This document shows, piece by piece, positions 20,464 to 31,356 of a stretch of 64,000 bases of DNA. A model generated the notes under the pieces. The model saw only the letters and a program-made list of their open reading frames with translations. It did no database searches and had not been told where the DNA came from. Source of the DNA: an uncultured delta proteobacterium (GTDB lineage Bacteria; Myxococcota; Myxococcia; Myxococcales; Myxococcaceae); assembly GCA_963771175.1 (NCBI GenBank), contig CAVYSY010000032.1:192001-256000 (forward strand), read 5' to 3'. Within the stretch, counting starts at the first letter, position 1. Every line of letters begins with the position of its first letter. The translations under genes were made by a program, and so were the position numbers.

Positions 20464-21245
20464 CGCGCGAACTGATGACGGAGCACCAGGCCCGGGTGGC
20501 CGACCGCGTGCTCGATGAAGAGTCGGCCCGCCGGGAGCACCTCGTCGTGTCCCTCTCGGGCGCGCACGCGTACGGCTTCCCGTCGCCCGACAGCGACCTG
20601 GATCTCAAGTGCGTCCACATCGCCCCCACCGCGACACTGCTCCGCCTGGAGCAGCGCGGCCCCCTCAACTCCACCGAGCGGCTGGAGGTGGTGGACGGCG
20701 TCGAGGTGGACTACTCGTCCAACGAGCTCGCCCCCGTGCTGCACGGCGTCCTCCAGGGCAACGGCAACTACCTGGAGCGGCTGCTCGGGGCCCACACCCT
20801 GCGCGGCTCCGCCGAGCTGGAGTCGGTGCGCCCCCTGGTGCGCCGCACGCTGTCGCGGCGTCTCCACCGGCACTACCGCGGCTTCGCCCTCGGCCAGCTC
20901 CGCGAGTGGGAGAAGACGGGCTTCCGCTCCACCAAGAAGCTCCTCTACGTGCTGCGGACGACGCTCACCGGCACCCACGCGCTGCTCACCGGCGAGGTGG
21001 AGACGGACCTCACCGCGCTGATGGACCGCTACGGGTTCTCCGAGGCGGGTGAGCTCGTCGCCTGGAAGCGGCGCGGCGAGCGCAGTGAGCTGCCCGAGGC
21101 CGTGTCCGAGCACTGGCGCGGACAGGTGGCTCGGGCCTTCGAGCGGCTCGATGAGGCTCGCGAGCGCTCCGTGCTCCCGGAGGAGCCCGAGGGAGTCGCC
21201 GAGCTGGAGGCGTGGTTGCTCCAGGTCCGGCGCTCGCGGTTCTGA
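20460..21245 (+). CDS. Second RlaP/YcgL-family nucleotidyltransferase
   Basis: ATGA overlap with the upstream gene; SGAHAYGFPSPDSDLDLKCVH, GNGNYLERL, KKLLYVLR, SVLPEEP. Confidence 0.85.
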   Translation: MTRELMTEHQARVADRVLDEESARREHLVVSLSGAHAYGFPSPDSDLDLKCVHIAPTATLLRLEQRGPLNSTERLEVVDGVEVDYSSNELAPVLHGVLQGNGNYLERLLGAHTLRGSAELESVRPLVRRTLSRRLHRHYRGFALGQLREWEKTGFRSTKKLLYVLRTTLTGTHALLTGEVETDLTALMDRYGFSEAGELVAWKRRGERSELPEAVSEHWRGQVARAFERLDEARERSVLPEEPEGVAELEAWLLQVRRSRF

Positions 21246-21267
21246 GCAGTGCAACCTGGAGGCCCTC

Positions 21268-21991
21268 TCAGGCGTGCTTCCGCTCCAGGTAGTGCTTGCG
21301 GCGCTCCGGGCTGAGCTTCTCGATGGCGTAGCGCAGCATGGTCCTCGGCATCTCCCAGGCATGCCGGTCGAGGAAGGACTCCTCGGCCGCGAGGTCCCGA
21401 TTGCCCACCTCGCGCAGCATCCAGCCGACCGCCTTGTGCATCAGGTCGTGCGGGTCGCTGGAGCAGGAGCCCGGCCAGCTTCAGCGTGTGGCTCGAAGTC
21501 TCCCGCGCGGATGAACGCCAGGGTCGACAGGATCGCGATGCGCCGCTCCCACAGCACCGGCGAGCGCGCCCACTCGGAGAGCCGTGACTGGAGCTCCGGG
21601 TGCTCGAGCAGGTACGCACCGATGAGCCGGGGCGCCACCGTGTCCACCAGGTCCCAGTTGTTCAGCGCCGCCCGGTGCTCGCAGCAGAACGCGAAGAGGC
21701 CGAGCGCTCGGGTTCCTCCGCCGCCTCGAACTTCTCCACGAGGATGACGAAGCCGGTGAACCGGTGCTCGTGGACCTTGCTCCGCAACAGCTCGGACACC
21801 TGCTCCAACGGAAGGTGTTTGTGGCGACGGGCGATCCGTCGCTGCTCGGGCACCGTCACGCCGAGGAACACGTCCCCTTCCCCATACTCTCCCGGGCCCG
21901 TCTTGAAGAACCTCGGAAAGAAGGCGGCCTTCTCGGGGTCGGCCGCGCGTGCCAGCTCGTCCTGGATGATCTGGGCAGAGGGAGTGCTCAC
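21268..21991 (-). CDS. DNA alkylation repair protein (AlkD family; frameshifted)
   Basis: [66 protein letters not shown], spread across frames. Confidence 0.85.
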
Positions 21992-22039
21992 CTCCCGGAG
22001 TCTGGCCGGATGCCCTCCAAGAGGCTAGCCTCGCCCGCC

Positions 22040-23032
22040 GTGAATTCCGATCCGCTCGACCTCGCCGCCACGCCCGAGCGCCTCCGCGCGCTCGCCGAGG
22101 CGGGAGTCCTGCCGCCCCCGGCCCTGGAGCGCGCCCTGCGGCTCGCCGTGGCCTCTCCGGAGCGGCCCGCCTGGCGGCGATTCCTGTCCACCGTGCTGCT
22201 GGGCTTCGGCTCGCTGCTGGTGCTCTCGGGCGTCGTCTACTTCTTCGCCTACAACTGGGCGGGCCTCCACCGCTTCGGGAAGCTGGGGCTGCTGCTGGCC
22301 GCCATCCTCGCGGCCTGCCTCGCGGCGTGGCGCCTGGGCGAGGGGCTCGCCGGTCAGTTCTCCCTCCTCTTCGCGGCGGTGCTCGTGGGCCCGCTCCTCG
22401 CCGTCTACGGGCAGGCGTACCAGACGGGCGCGGACCCCTATGAGCTGTTCCTCGGGTGGGGCCTGCTCATCCTTCCCTGGGTGGCGCTCGCGCGCTTCGG
22501 ACCCTTGTGGTTGTTGCTGTTGCTCCTCGTGGACACCGGCCTCTCCCTCTTCCGGGTCCAGAACGTCGGTGACGAGGGCACCACGCTGATGCTGATGCTC
22601 GCGCTGGTGAATGGCGGGGCCTGGGCGGCGCACGAGCTCCTCGCGAGCCGCGGCGTGCCCTGGCTGCGCGGCCGGTGGCTGCCCCGGGTGCTGGCGATGA
22701 TGACGATGGCGCCGCTGCTCGCACTGGCGGAGTACGTCGTGGTGAGCCCCTCGGAAGCGGACACCGCGAGCTACGTGGCGCTTGGCCTGCTCGTGGCGGT
22801 GATGGTCGCGGCGTACCTCTTCCACCGCCGGATGCACTCCGAGCTCTTCCTCCTCACCCTGGACGCGGTGAGCCTGATGACGCTGGTCACCACCTTTGTC
22901 GGCCGTCACCTGTTCGAGGAGTTCGACTTCGGGACGAGCGCCTTCTTCCTGATGGCCGCACTCATCATCGGAGAGGTGGCGCTCGCTGTCTGGTGGCTGC
23001 GCGCCGAGGCTCGTGGCCCGGAGGAGCTCTAG
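22040..23032 (+). CDS. DUF2157 domain membrane protein
   Basis: GVVYFFAYNW...K and LAVYGQAYQTGADPYELFLGW; many TM helices. Confidence 0.85.
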   Translation: MNSDPLDLAATPERLRALAEAGVLPPPALERALRLAVASPERPAWRRFLSTVLLGFGSLLVLSGVVYFFAYNWAGLHRFGKLGLLLAAILAACLAAWRLGEGLAGQFSLLFAAVLVGPLLAVYGQAYQTGADPYELFLGWGLLILPWVALARFGPLWLLLLLLVDTGLSLFRVQNVGDEGTTLMLMLALVNGGAWAAHELLASRGVPWLRGRWLPRVLAMMTMAPLLALAEYVVVSPSEADTASYVALGLLVAVMVAAYLFHRRMHSELFLLTLDAVSLMTLVTTFVGRHLFEEFDFGTSAFFLMAALIIGEVALAVWWLRAEARGPEEL

Positions 23033-23034
23033 CC

Positions 23035-24135
23035 ATGGCGTTCAAGCCCTCGCTGCGGAACGTCGTCTCCCAGCTCCAGGCGGAAGGAGTCCTACCCGTC
23101 GATGCGGAGTCCCTGGCGCGCGCCGCGCTCGCCACCCGTCCGGATTTCGCCACCGGCATGCCCTGGTTCGTGCGCGTCCTCACCGGGTTCGGTGCGTGGC
23201 TGGCCTCCTTGTTCCTGCTCACCTTCCTCTCCCTCGCGGTGGTGGTGGGCGAGGAGGTGGGAGCCATCATCCTGGGCCTGCTCCTCACCGGAGGCGCCGC
23301 CTTCCTGCGCCGCCTGGGGAACAATGTGTTCCTCACCCAGCTCGCCCTGTCCCTCGGCCTGGCCGGACAGGGTCTCTTCATCGGTGGCGTGGGCATGCTG
23401 ACCGACAGCGGGGAGGCGGCGGCACTCGCCACCGTCCTCGTCCAGGCGGTGCTCGTCTTCCTCTATCCGGATGCCATCCAGCGCTTCCTCTCCTCGCTGT
23501 TCGCCAGCCTCGCACTGCTGATCCTGCTGCGCCTCTGGGGACTCGGCCTGGTGGTGGACGTGACGCTGGTGGGCCTCACCGTGCTCGCGCACCTGCTCTT
23601 CCTCCAGCAGAGCCGATTGCAGGCCGGACGCTGGGGCGAGCTGGTGATGCCCGCGGCCTTCGGGCTCGTCACCACGCTCTTCTCGGCGCTGCTGCTGCGC
23701 ACCTGGTTCCATGAATTCTACAAGGACCTCTTCCGCCATGGCTCGGCGGAGCTGCCTCCCGGCGTGCTGACGTTGGGCCTCGCCGTGGTGACGCTGTACT
23801 CCGCCTGGCGCGTGCTGGAAGAGGTGGGAGTGGAAGCCGGTGGCGCCGCGGGGGTGACGACCTTCGCCGCGCTGGCGCTCCTGGCGCTCCTCACCCTCCA
23901 GACACCCGGAGTCATCGCCGCGGCCGGCGTGTTGCTGCTCGGCTTCCACCGGCGAAGCGTGGTGCTGCTCGGCATGGCCGTGGTCTTCATCCTCACGTTC
24001 GGTGTGAGCTACTACTACGACCTCCAGCTCACCCTGCTGGCCAAGTCGCTCGCGCTGCTCGGCAGTGGCCTCTTGTTGCTCGGCCTGCGGTTCTTCACCC
24101 TGCGCCGCTTCCCCGCGGCCGAGGAGGTGCGCTGA
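23035..24135 (+). CDS. DUF4401 domain membrane protein
   Basis: PWFVRVLTGFGAW, QLALSLGLAGQ, YYYDLQLTLLAKS. Confidence 0.85.
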   Translation: MAFKPSLRNVVSQLQAEGVLPVDAESLARAALATRPDFATGMPWFVRVLTGFGAWLASLFLLTFLSLAVVVGEEVGAIILGLLLTGGAAFLRRLGNNVFLTQLALSLGLAGQGLFIGGVGMLTDSGEAAALATVLVQAVLVFLYPDAIQRFLSSLFASLALLILLRLWGLGLVVDVTLVGLTVLAHLLFLQQSRLQAGRWGELVMPAAFGLVTTLFSALLLRTWFHEFYKDLFRHGSAELPPGVLTLGLAVVTLYSAWRVLEEVGVEAGGAAGVTTFAALALLALLTLQTPGVIAAAGVLLLGFHRRSVVLLGMAVVFILTFGVSYYYDLQLTLLAKSLALLGSGLLLLGLRFFTLRRFPAAEEVR

Positions 24136-24638
24136 TGCGCGCCCGCGTCATCTTCGGGGGCCTCGCCCTGGTGGTGGTGGCCCTGGTGGTGCTCGTCGTC
24201 CGCAAGGAGCAGGTCCTGGCCCACGACACGACCGTGCTGCTGGAGCTCGCCCCGGTGGACCCGCGCTCACTGATTCAGGGCGACTACATGGTGCTCGACT
24301 ACGCCGTCAGCCGACAGGTGGACCGGGAGGGAGAGGCTTGGGACGAAGCGCCTCGAGAGGGACGCCTCGTGCTCCGCCTCGATGAACAGGGAGTGGGGCA
24401 CTTCGTCCGCGAGGAGCAGCCGGGCACCCCGCTCGCCCCGGGCGAGCTGCTGCTCCGCTACAAGGTGAGCAAGGGCCGCGTCCGCCTGGGCGCCGAGTCC
24501 TTCTTCTTCCAGGAGGGACATGCGGACCGCTACGCCGGGGCGAAGTACGGCGAGCTGCGGGTGGCCGGGGACGGCTCCAGCGTGCTGGTGGGTCTGCGGG
24601 ATGCCGAGCGCCAGCCGCTTGGGCGCGCCGTGCAGTGA
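24135..24638 (+). CDS. GDYXXLXY domain protein
   Basis: LELAPVDPRSLIQGDYMVLDY; FFFQEG; AKYGELRV. Confidence 0.92.
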   Translation: MRARVIFGGLALVVVALVVLVVRKEQVLAHDTTVLLELAPVDPRSLIQGDYMVLDYAVSRQVDREGEAWDEAPREGRLVLRLDEQGVGHFVREEQPGTPLAPGELLLRYKVSKGRVRLGAESFFFQEGHADRYAGAKYGELRVAGDGSSVLVGLRDAERQPLGRAVQ

Positions 24639-24646
24639 GCAGGGAC

Positions 24647-25735
24647 TCACGCCCGGCGCAGTGTGATGACCGCGAGCTCGGCCGGAGCGCCCAGCCGCGC
24701 GGGCGGTCCGGTAGTGCCGACGCCACGGTTCACGTAGAGCCACGAGCGACCCCGCCGATACAGCCCCGCGGTCCAGCGGGTCATGAACCGTGCCAGTGAG
24801 AGGAGACGGACGCCTGGGAACGCGAGCTGCCCGCCGTGCGTGTGGCCCGAGAGCGTCAGCTCGACGCCGTGGGCCTCTGCCTGGGGGAACAGGTTGGGAT
24901 CGTGCGCGAGCAGCACGGTGGGGACGCCCTCCGGCCGACTCGCGAGCGCCTGCCCCACATCGTCGCGCTCGGTCCAGGTGTCGTCCACACCCGCGACATA
25001 CAGGCGAGCATCGCCCCGCCGCATCACCACACCTCGGTTGCGGAGGACGGTCAGTCCCTGGCGCTCCAGCTCCCGGGCGAGGTGCTCGCCATCGGTGAAG
25101 TAGTCGTGGTTGCCCATGCAGGCGAACGCGCCATCCTTCGCGCGCAGCCCCCCGAGCGCCCGCGCGACCGCCTCGACGTGCGAGGAACCATGGGTGATCA
25201 AATCTCCGGTGACGGTCACCAGGTCGAGGTCGAGCGCGTTGAGGCGTGCGACCCAGGAGCAGACCCGGTTCTCGGAGACATGTGGCCCGCAGTGCACGTC
25301 GGAGATCTGGCCGATGCGATAGCCGTCCAGCGCTGGCGGGAGCCCCTCTATACGAACCACCCGCTTGCGAAGCCTCGGCCGGCCGAGAACCGCGTCCGTG
25401 CCCAGGACGACCGCGATGGTTCCGGCCAGGCCCCAGGTGGCGCTCATGGGCATGCCCGCCCGCACGGCCAGCGCGGCAGGGGCCATGAGCAGATCGAACA
25501 TCGCACAGGCCGACCACCAGCCCAGCGCCAGATAGGTCGATAGCGCGGGAGCCGTGGTGTGCCAGGGGCTCTGCAACTGGCGCAGGTACGGCACCGAGAC
25601 CAGCACCGCGACCACCGCGGGCAGGGGCGTATGGGTCACCCAACAGAGCCAGAGCACCGCGGGAAGCTGGACGAGGGTAACGAGGAGGGCCGCGAGCAGA
25701 TGGAAGCGACCCCGGAGCCGGCTTCTGCTGGACAT
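24647..25735 (-). CDS. Membrane-anchored metallophosphoesterase
   Basis: SDVH, TGD, GNHD, LAHDP, SGHTHGGQ. Confidence 0.92.
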   Translation of the reverse strand: MSSRSRLRGRFHLLAALLVTLVQLPAVLWLCWVTHTPLPAVVAVLVSVPYLRQLQSPWHTTAPALSTYLALGWWSACAMFDLLMAPAALAVRAGMPMSATWGLAGTIAVVLGTDAVLGRPRLRKRVVRIEGLPPALDGYRIGQISDVHCGPHVSENRVCSWVARLNALDLDLVTVTGDLITHGSSHVEAVARALGGLRAKDGAFACMGNHDYFTDGEHLARELERQGLTVLRNRGVVMRRGDARLYVAGVDDTWTERDDVGQALASRPEGVPTVLLAHDPNLFPQAEAHGVELTLSGHTHGGQLAFPGVRLLSLARFMTRWTAGLYRRGRSWLYVNRGVGTTGPPARLGAPAELAVITLRRA

Positions 25736-25773
25736 GAGAACAGGTGTTTAACGTGCTCGCACCCGGCCCGCCG

Positions 25774-26559
25774 TCATGCGGTGGGTCTCAGCACGAAGAT
25801 GCTGTCGAGCCGGATTTCCCCCCGCTCGCGCGGGGCCTCTACCTGGTAGCCGAAGTCGTAGACGGCCAGCACCTGCAGGCCCGCCCGACGAAAGAGGCGC
25901 CGGGCCTGCGTCAGGTCGTACGTGCGGAAGTACCAGTGCGTCTCGATGAGCAGGTCCTTCTCCGGCCCGGTGATCCGCAGCCGGTTGCGCATCTCCGAGC
26001 GCCGCAGACGCCGGTCCGGCAGCCCCTCGTGGGTGTTGCACACCACTGTGTCCTTCCCGAGGCGCTCCACCCACCGCTCGTGCTCCGGCCTCTTCCGCTC
26101 GTAGTCCGTGAGGTGGAAGCCGAGCACGTACAGTCCCTCGGGCTTGAGCAGCCGGCGCGTGCCCTCCAGGTGCGCGAGCGCCGCCTTCTCGCTGTCGAGG
26201 TAGCGGAACGTGGACACCAGGTTGAACGCCAGGTCCACCTGCCCCTCCAGCTCCGGCTGGAAGAACTCCTCCATGCGCGACAGGTAGAGGCGCGCCCGTC
26301 GGCGCCAGGCCGGCGTGAGGCGCTTGCGCGCGTGGGCCAGCATCTGCTCCGAGATGTCATAGCCCACCACCGAGCAGCCCCGGCGAGTGGCCTCGGCCAC
26401 GAGCCGGCCTGCCCCGCACGCGGGCTCCAGCAGCAGCTTGCCGCCCGTGCCATAGCGACGGCTCACCTCCAGCAGGAAGTCCATCTCCTGCGCGGTGTCG
26501 GTGCCGAAGATGGCCTCGTAATACTCGGGGTGGTCGTACCAGTCAGAGAGTCGTTCCAT
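25774..26559 (-). CDS. Class I SAM-dependent methyltransferase
   Basis: Starts MERLSDWYDHPEYYE; LLEPACGAGR; GYDISEQML; LKPEGLY. Confidence 0.9.
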   Translation of the reverse strand: MERLSDWYDHPEYYEAIFGTDTAQEMDFLLEVSRRYGTGGKLLLEPACGAGRLVAEATRRGCSVVGYDISEQMLAHARKRLTPAWRRRARLYLSRMEEFFQPELEGQVDLAFNLVSTFRYLDSEKAALAHLEGTRRLLKPEGLYVLGFHLTDYERKRPEHERWVERLGKDTVVCNTHEGLPDRRLRRSEMRNRLRITGPEKDLLIETHWYFRTYDLTQARRLFRRAGLQVLAVYDFGYQVEAPRERGEIRLDSIFVLRPTA

Positions 26560-26653
26560 GGACGAGGTGCCGCCCTGGCGGCGGTGCGCATCCTCGGCCC
26601 TGTGAACGGAAAAGCAAGTGCACCATGTTCCAGGCATGGGGAGTACGGAAGCC

Positions 26654-27136
26654 ATGACCCAGCCCATCCGTCGCATCCTGGTTCCCACCGACTTCTCGGA
26701 GCACTCGCGGAAGGCCCTGGAGTACGCCTTCTCCCTCGCCCAGCGAATGGGGGCCTCCGTCGAGCTACTCCACGTCTGGGAGCCCCCCGTGCACATCGCC
26801 CCCGACGCCTTGATGATGATGCCCGGCTGGGAGGATGCCTCGGTGGAGAAGTACGGCCTCGCGCAGGCGGGGCGCCACCTGCACGACTGGGCCGAGCAGT
26901 ACCGCTCCAGCCCCGTGCCGCCACAGGTCCACCTCGAGCGCGGTATCCCCGCCGACACCATCCTCCGCGTCGCGCAACGCGGGTATGACCTGGTGGTGAT
27001 GGGCACGCACGGACGCACCGGGCTCTCACGCCTCTTGATGGGGAGCGTCGCGCAGAAGGTCTCGGCTCGGGCCTCGTGTCCGGTGATGACGGTGCACGGG
27101 GCGGAGTCGGAAGAGGTGGCGCAGCCCGCGGGGTGA
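26654..27136 (+). CDS. Universal stress protein
   Basis: ILVPTDFSEHS; DLVVMGTHGRTGLSRLLMGSVAQKV; CPVMTV. Confidence 0.95.
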   Translation: MTQPIRRILVPTDFSEHSRKALEYAFSLAQRMGASVELLHVWEPPVHIAPDALMMMPGWEDASVEKYGLAQAGRHLHDWAEQYRSSPVPPQVHLERGIPADTILRVAQRGYDLVVMGTHGRTGLSRLLMGSVAQKVSARASCPVMTVHGAESEEVAQPAG

Positions 27137-27143
27137 GGAAGCG

Positions 27144-27554
27144 TCAGCGCTTCTCTTGCTTGTCCAGCAGGCGGCCCGCGAGCCGGATCAGGTCCGTCTC
27201 CGTGATGATGCCCACCAGCACGCCCCCGTCCTCCACCACCGGGATGCACCCGAACCGGTGGTCCAGGAGCTTGTCGATGGCCTCGTGCGCCGAGCTGTGC
27301 GGTCTCAGGGTCTCCACCGAACGCGTCATGACGTCCCGAATCACCACGGTGGCCGCCGCCGTGCTGCGCTCCTGGCGGGCCATCGCGCGGATCAGATCCC
27401 TGTGGCTCACCAGCCCCACGAGCTTCCCCTCCTTCACCACGGGAAGATGGCGAATCTCATACTCGGCCAGCAGATCGTCCCCCCGGACCAGGTCATCGTC
27501 CTCCTTCAACGTGACCACATCCCGGGTCATCAGTTCCCCGACAGTCAGCATCAT
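27144..27554 (-). CDS. CBS domain protein
   Basis: VGELMTRDVVT, IRHLPVV, VMTRSV, GIITETD. Confidence 0.92.
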   Translation of the reverse strand: MMLTVGELMTRDVVTLKEDDDLVRGDDLLAEYEIRHLPVVKEGKLVGLVSHRDLIRAMARQERSTAAATVVIRDVMTRSVETLRPHSSAHEAIDKLLDHRFGCIPVVEDGGVLVGIITETDLIRLAGRLLDKQEKR

Positions 27555-27657
27555 GACCTCCCATTCCTGGCAGCCATGAACAGGGTGGGCTCTCGGGAGG
27601 CCCGATGCAGCCACGGCACCTAGCCAGCCTGGGGCTGCTCCCGCCGATCGCTCTCGG

Positions 27658-28425
27658 CTAGTGCAGCCCGTGATCGGTGACCTGCGCGAGCGCGAGCATC
27701 AGCAGCAGGCCCGACGGCGAGCGCCGCGAGGTTGCGCCCCCACCGCTCCTGGCCGTGGCGGTTCACGTGTGGCGAGCAGGTCCAGCACGGCGATGTAGAG
27801 GAAGGTGCCGGCGGAGAAGGCGAGCGCCCGCGCCGCCAGTGACTCGTGCTCAGCACGGCGGCGTCGAAGGCGAAGTAGAGCGCCGCCCCCACCGGCACCA
27901 TCAGCCCGTAAGCACCGCGTAGCCGAGGATGCGCGCCGTGCGTCTCCCCTCGGACTTGAGGATGGAGGCGAGCGAGAGGCTGACGAGGGCACCTTGTGCG
28001 AGGCGATGGCGAGCAGGCGCCGTCAGCCCCACCCCCTCCTTCGCCGCCGAGCCCAGGGCCATACCGTCGAAGAGCGTGTGCGCCGACAGCCCGAGGAAGG
28101 CCGCGATCCCCATCGACTTCGCCTGCGCGTGCCGGTGCTCCTCGCACTCCACCGGCTCCTCGCACGCGTGCGTGATCATGTACCGGTCGAGCACCAGCAG
28201 GAAGACGAACCCCGCGGCCACCAGCCGAACGTCGTACGCCCCCGCCCCGTGGTAGGCCTCGGGCAGCATGTGGAAGAACGACCGCCCCGAGCATCACCCC
28301 GGCCGCGAAGGCCAGGAAGGTGATCAGCCGGGCTGGTGCGCGCCGCGTACACGGGCACCAGCGCGCCAGACGAGCGCGCCGGCACGATGACCAGCGAGAG
28401 GAGGAGAGCGCGACCGCGAGGGCAT
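27658..28425 (-). CDS. ZIP family metal transporter (frameshifted)
   Basis: FFHMLPEA, His-rich loop, GLSAHTLFDGMALG, AFSAGTFLYIA. Confidence 0.8.
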
Positions 28426-28537
28426 GGGGAGGCCCGACACCTGCACGAAACGCATCATCCGGAGCCAGGGGGACCCGGATACGCCCCAGGGGATGGGCAA
28501 CCGGACGGAGGGGGGCACGGTGGTCGAGGGCTCAGGT

Positions 28538-28574
28538 CCCCTCCGAGCCCCTCTCCCGGGGGAAGGAGAGAGAC
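28538..28574. repeat. Degenerate myxobacterial REP-like intergenic hairpin
   Basis: ccctcc...cccctctcccgggggaaggagagagac resembles the CCCTC...CCCTCTCCC-GGGAGAGGG type of repeat; lies just 3' of the COG3014 gene. Confidence 0.35.
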
Positions 28575-28576
28575 GC

Positions 28577-29867
28577 TCAGTCGTAGCGCCGGTCGACGAC
28601 GACGTGCACCCGGCGCGGCTTCACGTCCACCTCCCGGGTACTGCGCTTGTCCGCCCGCGTCCACCACCACCAGCGTCTGCCCAGCGGGCAGGCGGAAGCG
28701 CGCGAGCTGGAACTCCGCAGGCAGGCTGAGCCAGGAGCGCAGGTCCGGGGCATTGGTCGCGTTGAGCACCAGGAAGGTGAGCGCCGCCACCTCCTTGCTC
28801 TTGGTGGCGGCGCCGGCCGCGCCGAGAGCCCCGCCTTCACCGCCACGCCCGCCACCTGCTTGAGCAGCAAGCGCCCCACCCGGTCCTCCAGGTGCAGCTG
28901 CGCCACGCCGCGAGATGGAGGTGACCGTCACGGCGTCCTGCGCAGCGACGCCAGGCTGGGTGGCGGCAGTCCACCACCGCGACCTGCGCGCGCGGCGGCT
29001 GCCCGCGGTCCCGAACACCGGCACCGCGATGAGCTCGCCCTGCGGTGCCATTGAGGTTGCGCTCCGCGGACTGCTTCTCCGGCGAGCGGCCCGCCTCCAC
29101 CACCACCACCACCTGGCCCTCGGCCGGGCCCCAGCGGCGCGTGCTCGACGTCCGGGTAGCGCCGCCGCAGCTTCTCGTAGGCCTCGTCGCGCCCGGTCTT
29201 CTTCGCCAGCCGCAGCAGCGGCTCGGCCAGCGGGCCCAGCTCGGGCTCCAGCTCCAGCGCCTCCGCGTAGTCGATGAACGCGGAGTCCCGGTCGCCGCTG
29301 GTCCTCGTACAGCACGCCGCCCAGGTAGCGGGCGATGGCCAGCTGCTCGTAGGGCTTCTTCTCGTCGGCGATCATCTTCTGCAGCCGCTCGTTCACGCGG
29401 CGCACCTCGACGAGCGCGTCCTCGTCCTGGCCCAGCTGGGCGTAGTTGAGCGCCTGGAGCACGGAGATCATCAGCCTCTCGAAGTCCTCGCCGCGGTAGG
29501 CGCGCTCGCGCTCGTTGGTGAGGAGCGCCGCGGCCTCCTCCGAGACGGAGATGATGTCGAGCTCGCTCGCGACAGCCGGTCGGCCTCGGCGAGCACCTGG
29601 ATGCTCTCCCGCCACCGCCCGCGGCGTGCAGCACCATGCCCTCGTCGAGCAGCACCAGCAGCCGGTCGTCTTGCGTGTCCCTCCTGCGCCAGCCGCTCGA
29701 CAGCTGCGCAGGGCGCCGGCGTAGTCCTCCGCTCGTAGGCGCTGCGCAGACCCGCCGTGCGGGCGACGTAGTCGCCCGCGCAGCCGGTGCAGCAGCCGCG
29801 ATCGCGAGCGCGAGCACGGCCCAGCCGGCCAGCAGCGCCGCAGATGGTGATGGCGCGTGAGGCTCAC
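28577..29867 (-). CDS. COG3014 family lipoprotein (frameshifted)
   Basis: YRGEDFERLMISVLQALNY, ALVEVRR, APDLRSWLSLPAEFQLAR; adjacent to lpoB. Confidence 0.75.
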
Positions 29868-29876
29868 GGGGTCGGG

Positions 29877-30476
29877 CTACCAGCGACGAGCCTTCTTCTC
29901 GAACTTCTTGCGGAGCTCCTTCTCGTCCGTCCACTCGATGATGCCGGTGCGCAGGTTGTTCAGCTTCATGGTCATCTTGTAGTAGACGAGCTTGTCGGCG
30001 CCGACCTCCTGGACGATCGAGGCGATCTCCCCGGTCATCAGGTAGTCCGCGCTGGCCTGCTCGCCCGGGCCCTTGGCCTCGTCCGGGCGCACGTAGCCCG
30101 AGCCCTGGTACTCGTACTCCTCGGCGATCTCCTCGCGCGCCGCCTTGTCCAGAAGGCGAACTTGCCGGTCTGGCCAGCTGCACCTGGATCTTGTCGGCGA
30201 GCGAGCTCATGTCGATGTGCTCGGAGGTCTTGTTCTTCATCCTGCCCACGAGCACGACGAGGCAGCCGCTCGCCGGGCTGGGCGAAGCGCGGCGAGGCGG
30301 TCAGCGAGTCGACCATCTTCTTGGCGATGAGCTGCAGGTCGTTCTCGTTGAACTGTCCGAGAGCATCTCGATGGTGTTCGGGTCCTCGTAGGTGCCGCGG
30401 GTGTAGGCGCGCGGCCCTCCGCAGGCGGCGAGGAGCGCGACGAGCGAGCGAAGGCAATGAGGAGTCGGGTCTTCAT
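29877..30476 (-). CDS. lpoB: Penicillin-binding protein activator LpoB-like lipoprotein (frameshifted)
   Basis: FNENDLQLIAKKMVDSL, MKNKTSEHID, ADYLMTGEI, YYKMTMKL...TGIIEW. Confidence 0.75.
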
Positions 30477-30489
30477 GTTGGGCGCTCTC

Positions 30490-31336
30490 CTAGTTCCATT
30501 CGCATTCGAAGCGGCTGCCCATGAAGTGCCACTGGTAGGTCAGCACCGCGTCGCGCTGGTAGCCCGGCCGTGAGCCGGCAGAGGCTCTGCAGCGACGAGC
30601 GGGGGTAGTCGAAGGTGTAGCGCTGGGCCTTGGCCCGCTCGGCCGCGGTGAGCTGCGAGGGGTGGGTGAGCGTCGGGTTGGCGCTGGCGGCGACCAGCAC
30701 GTGGTGCTTGCCGTAGGTCTTGAGCGGCACCGGCCCGGCCAGCTGGATTCGGCGCACCTCTTGGCGCGATCAGGATGTCGCTGCGGTCCACCATCGTCTC
30801 GTGCGCGTACTTGCGCGCGCAGCAGCTCGGGGATGTTGGCGGTGAAGACGCGGGTGAGGTCGCCGTCGTCGATGAAGAAGTAGAGGAAGGCCTCGCGCGC
30901 CGTGGCTCTCGCCGGTGAAGTCGAGCGTGACGTGCAGGGTGAGCGCCCGGTTGGGCGCTCAGCGCGTGCAGGGAGACGGCCTGGAGCACCCTTCGGGCGA
31001 CGCCGGCCTGTCTTCAGGCGGATGAGCCCGTCGGCGCTGGCGTCGCAGGCGCAGCGGCGCTCCTCGATCATCTTCACCAGCTGGGGGGCGTCGAAGCCGG
31101 CGCTTGGCGAGCTTGGCCACCTCCTCCTCCGTGAGGGGCAGCTGGTCCGAGCGCTCGTAGATGGGCGGCAGCGGCGTTGGCGTCCCACTGGATGATGTTG
31201 ATGGTGTGCGTCTCGCCCGGGAAGGGCAGCACGGGCACGGCGCGCACCTCGAGCGGGGGGGCGCCGTGCCGGTCGACGCGGGGGGCGGCTGGGCGCTGGC
31301 GAGCGCGAGGGCGACGGTGAGGGCCTGGAGGATCAT
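30490..31336 (-). CDS. Secreted hypothetical protein (frameshifted)
   Basis: Signal MILQALTVALALA; coherent segments (IEERRCACDASADGLI, EAFLYFFIDDG, WHFMGSRFECEWN). Confidence 0.6.
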
Positions 31337-31356
31337 GGGGTGGGCCTCCTGCTGCG

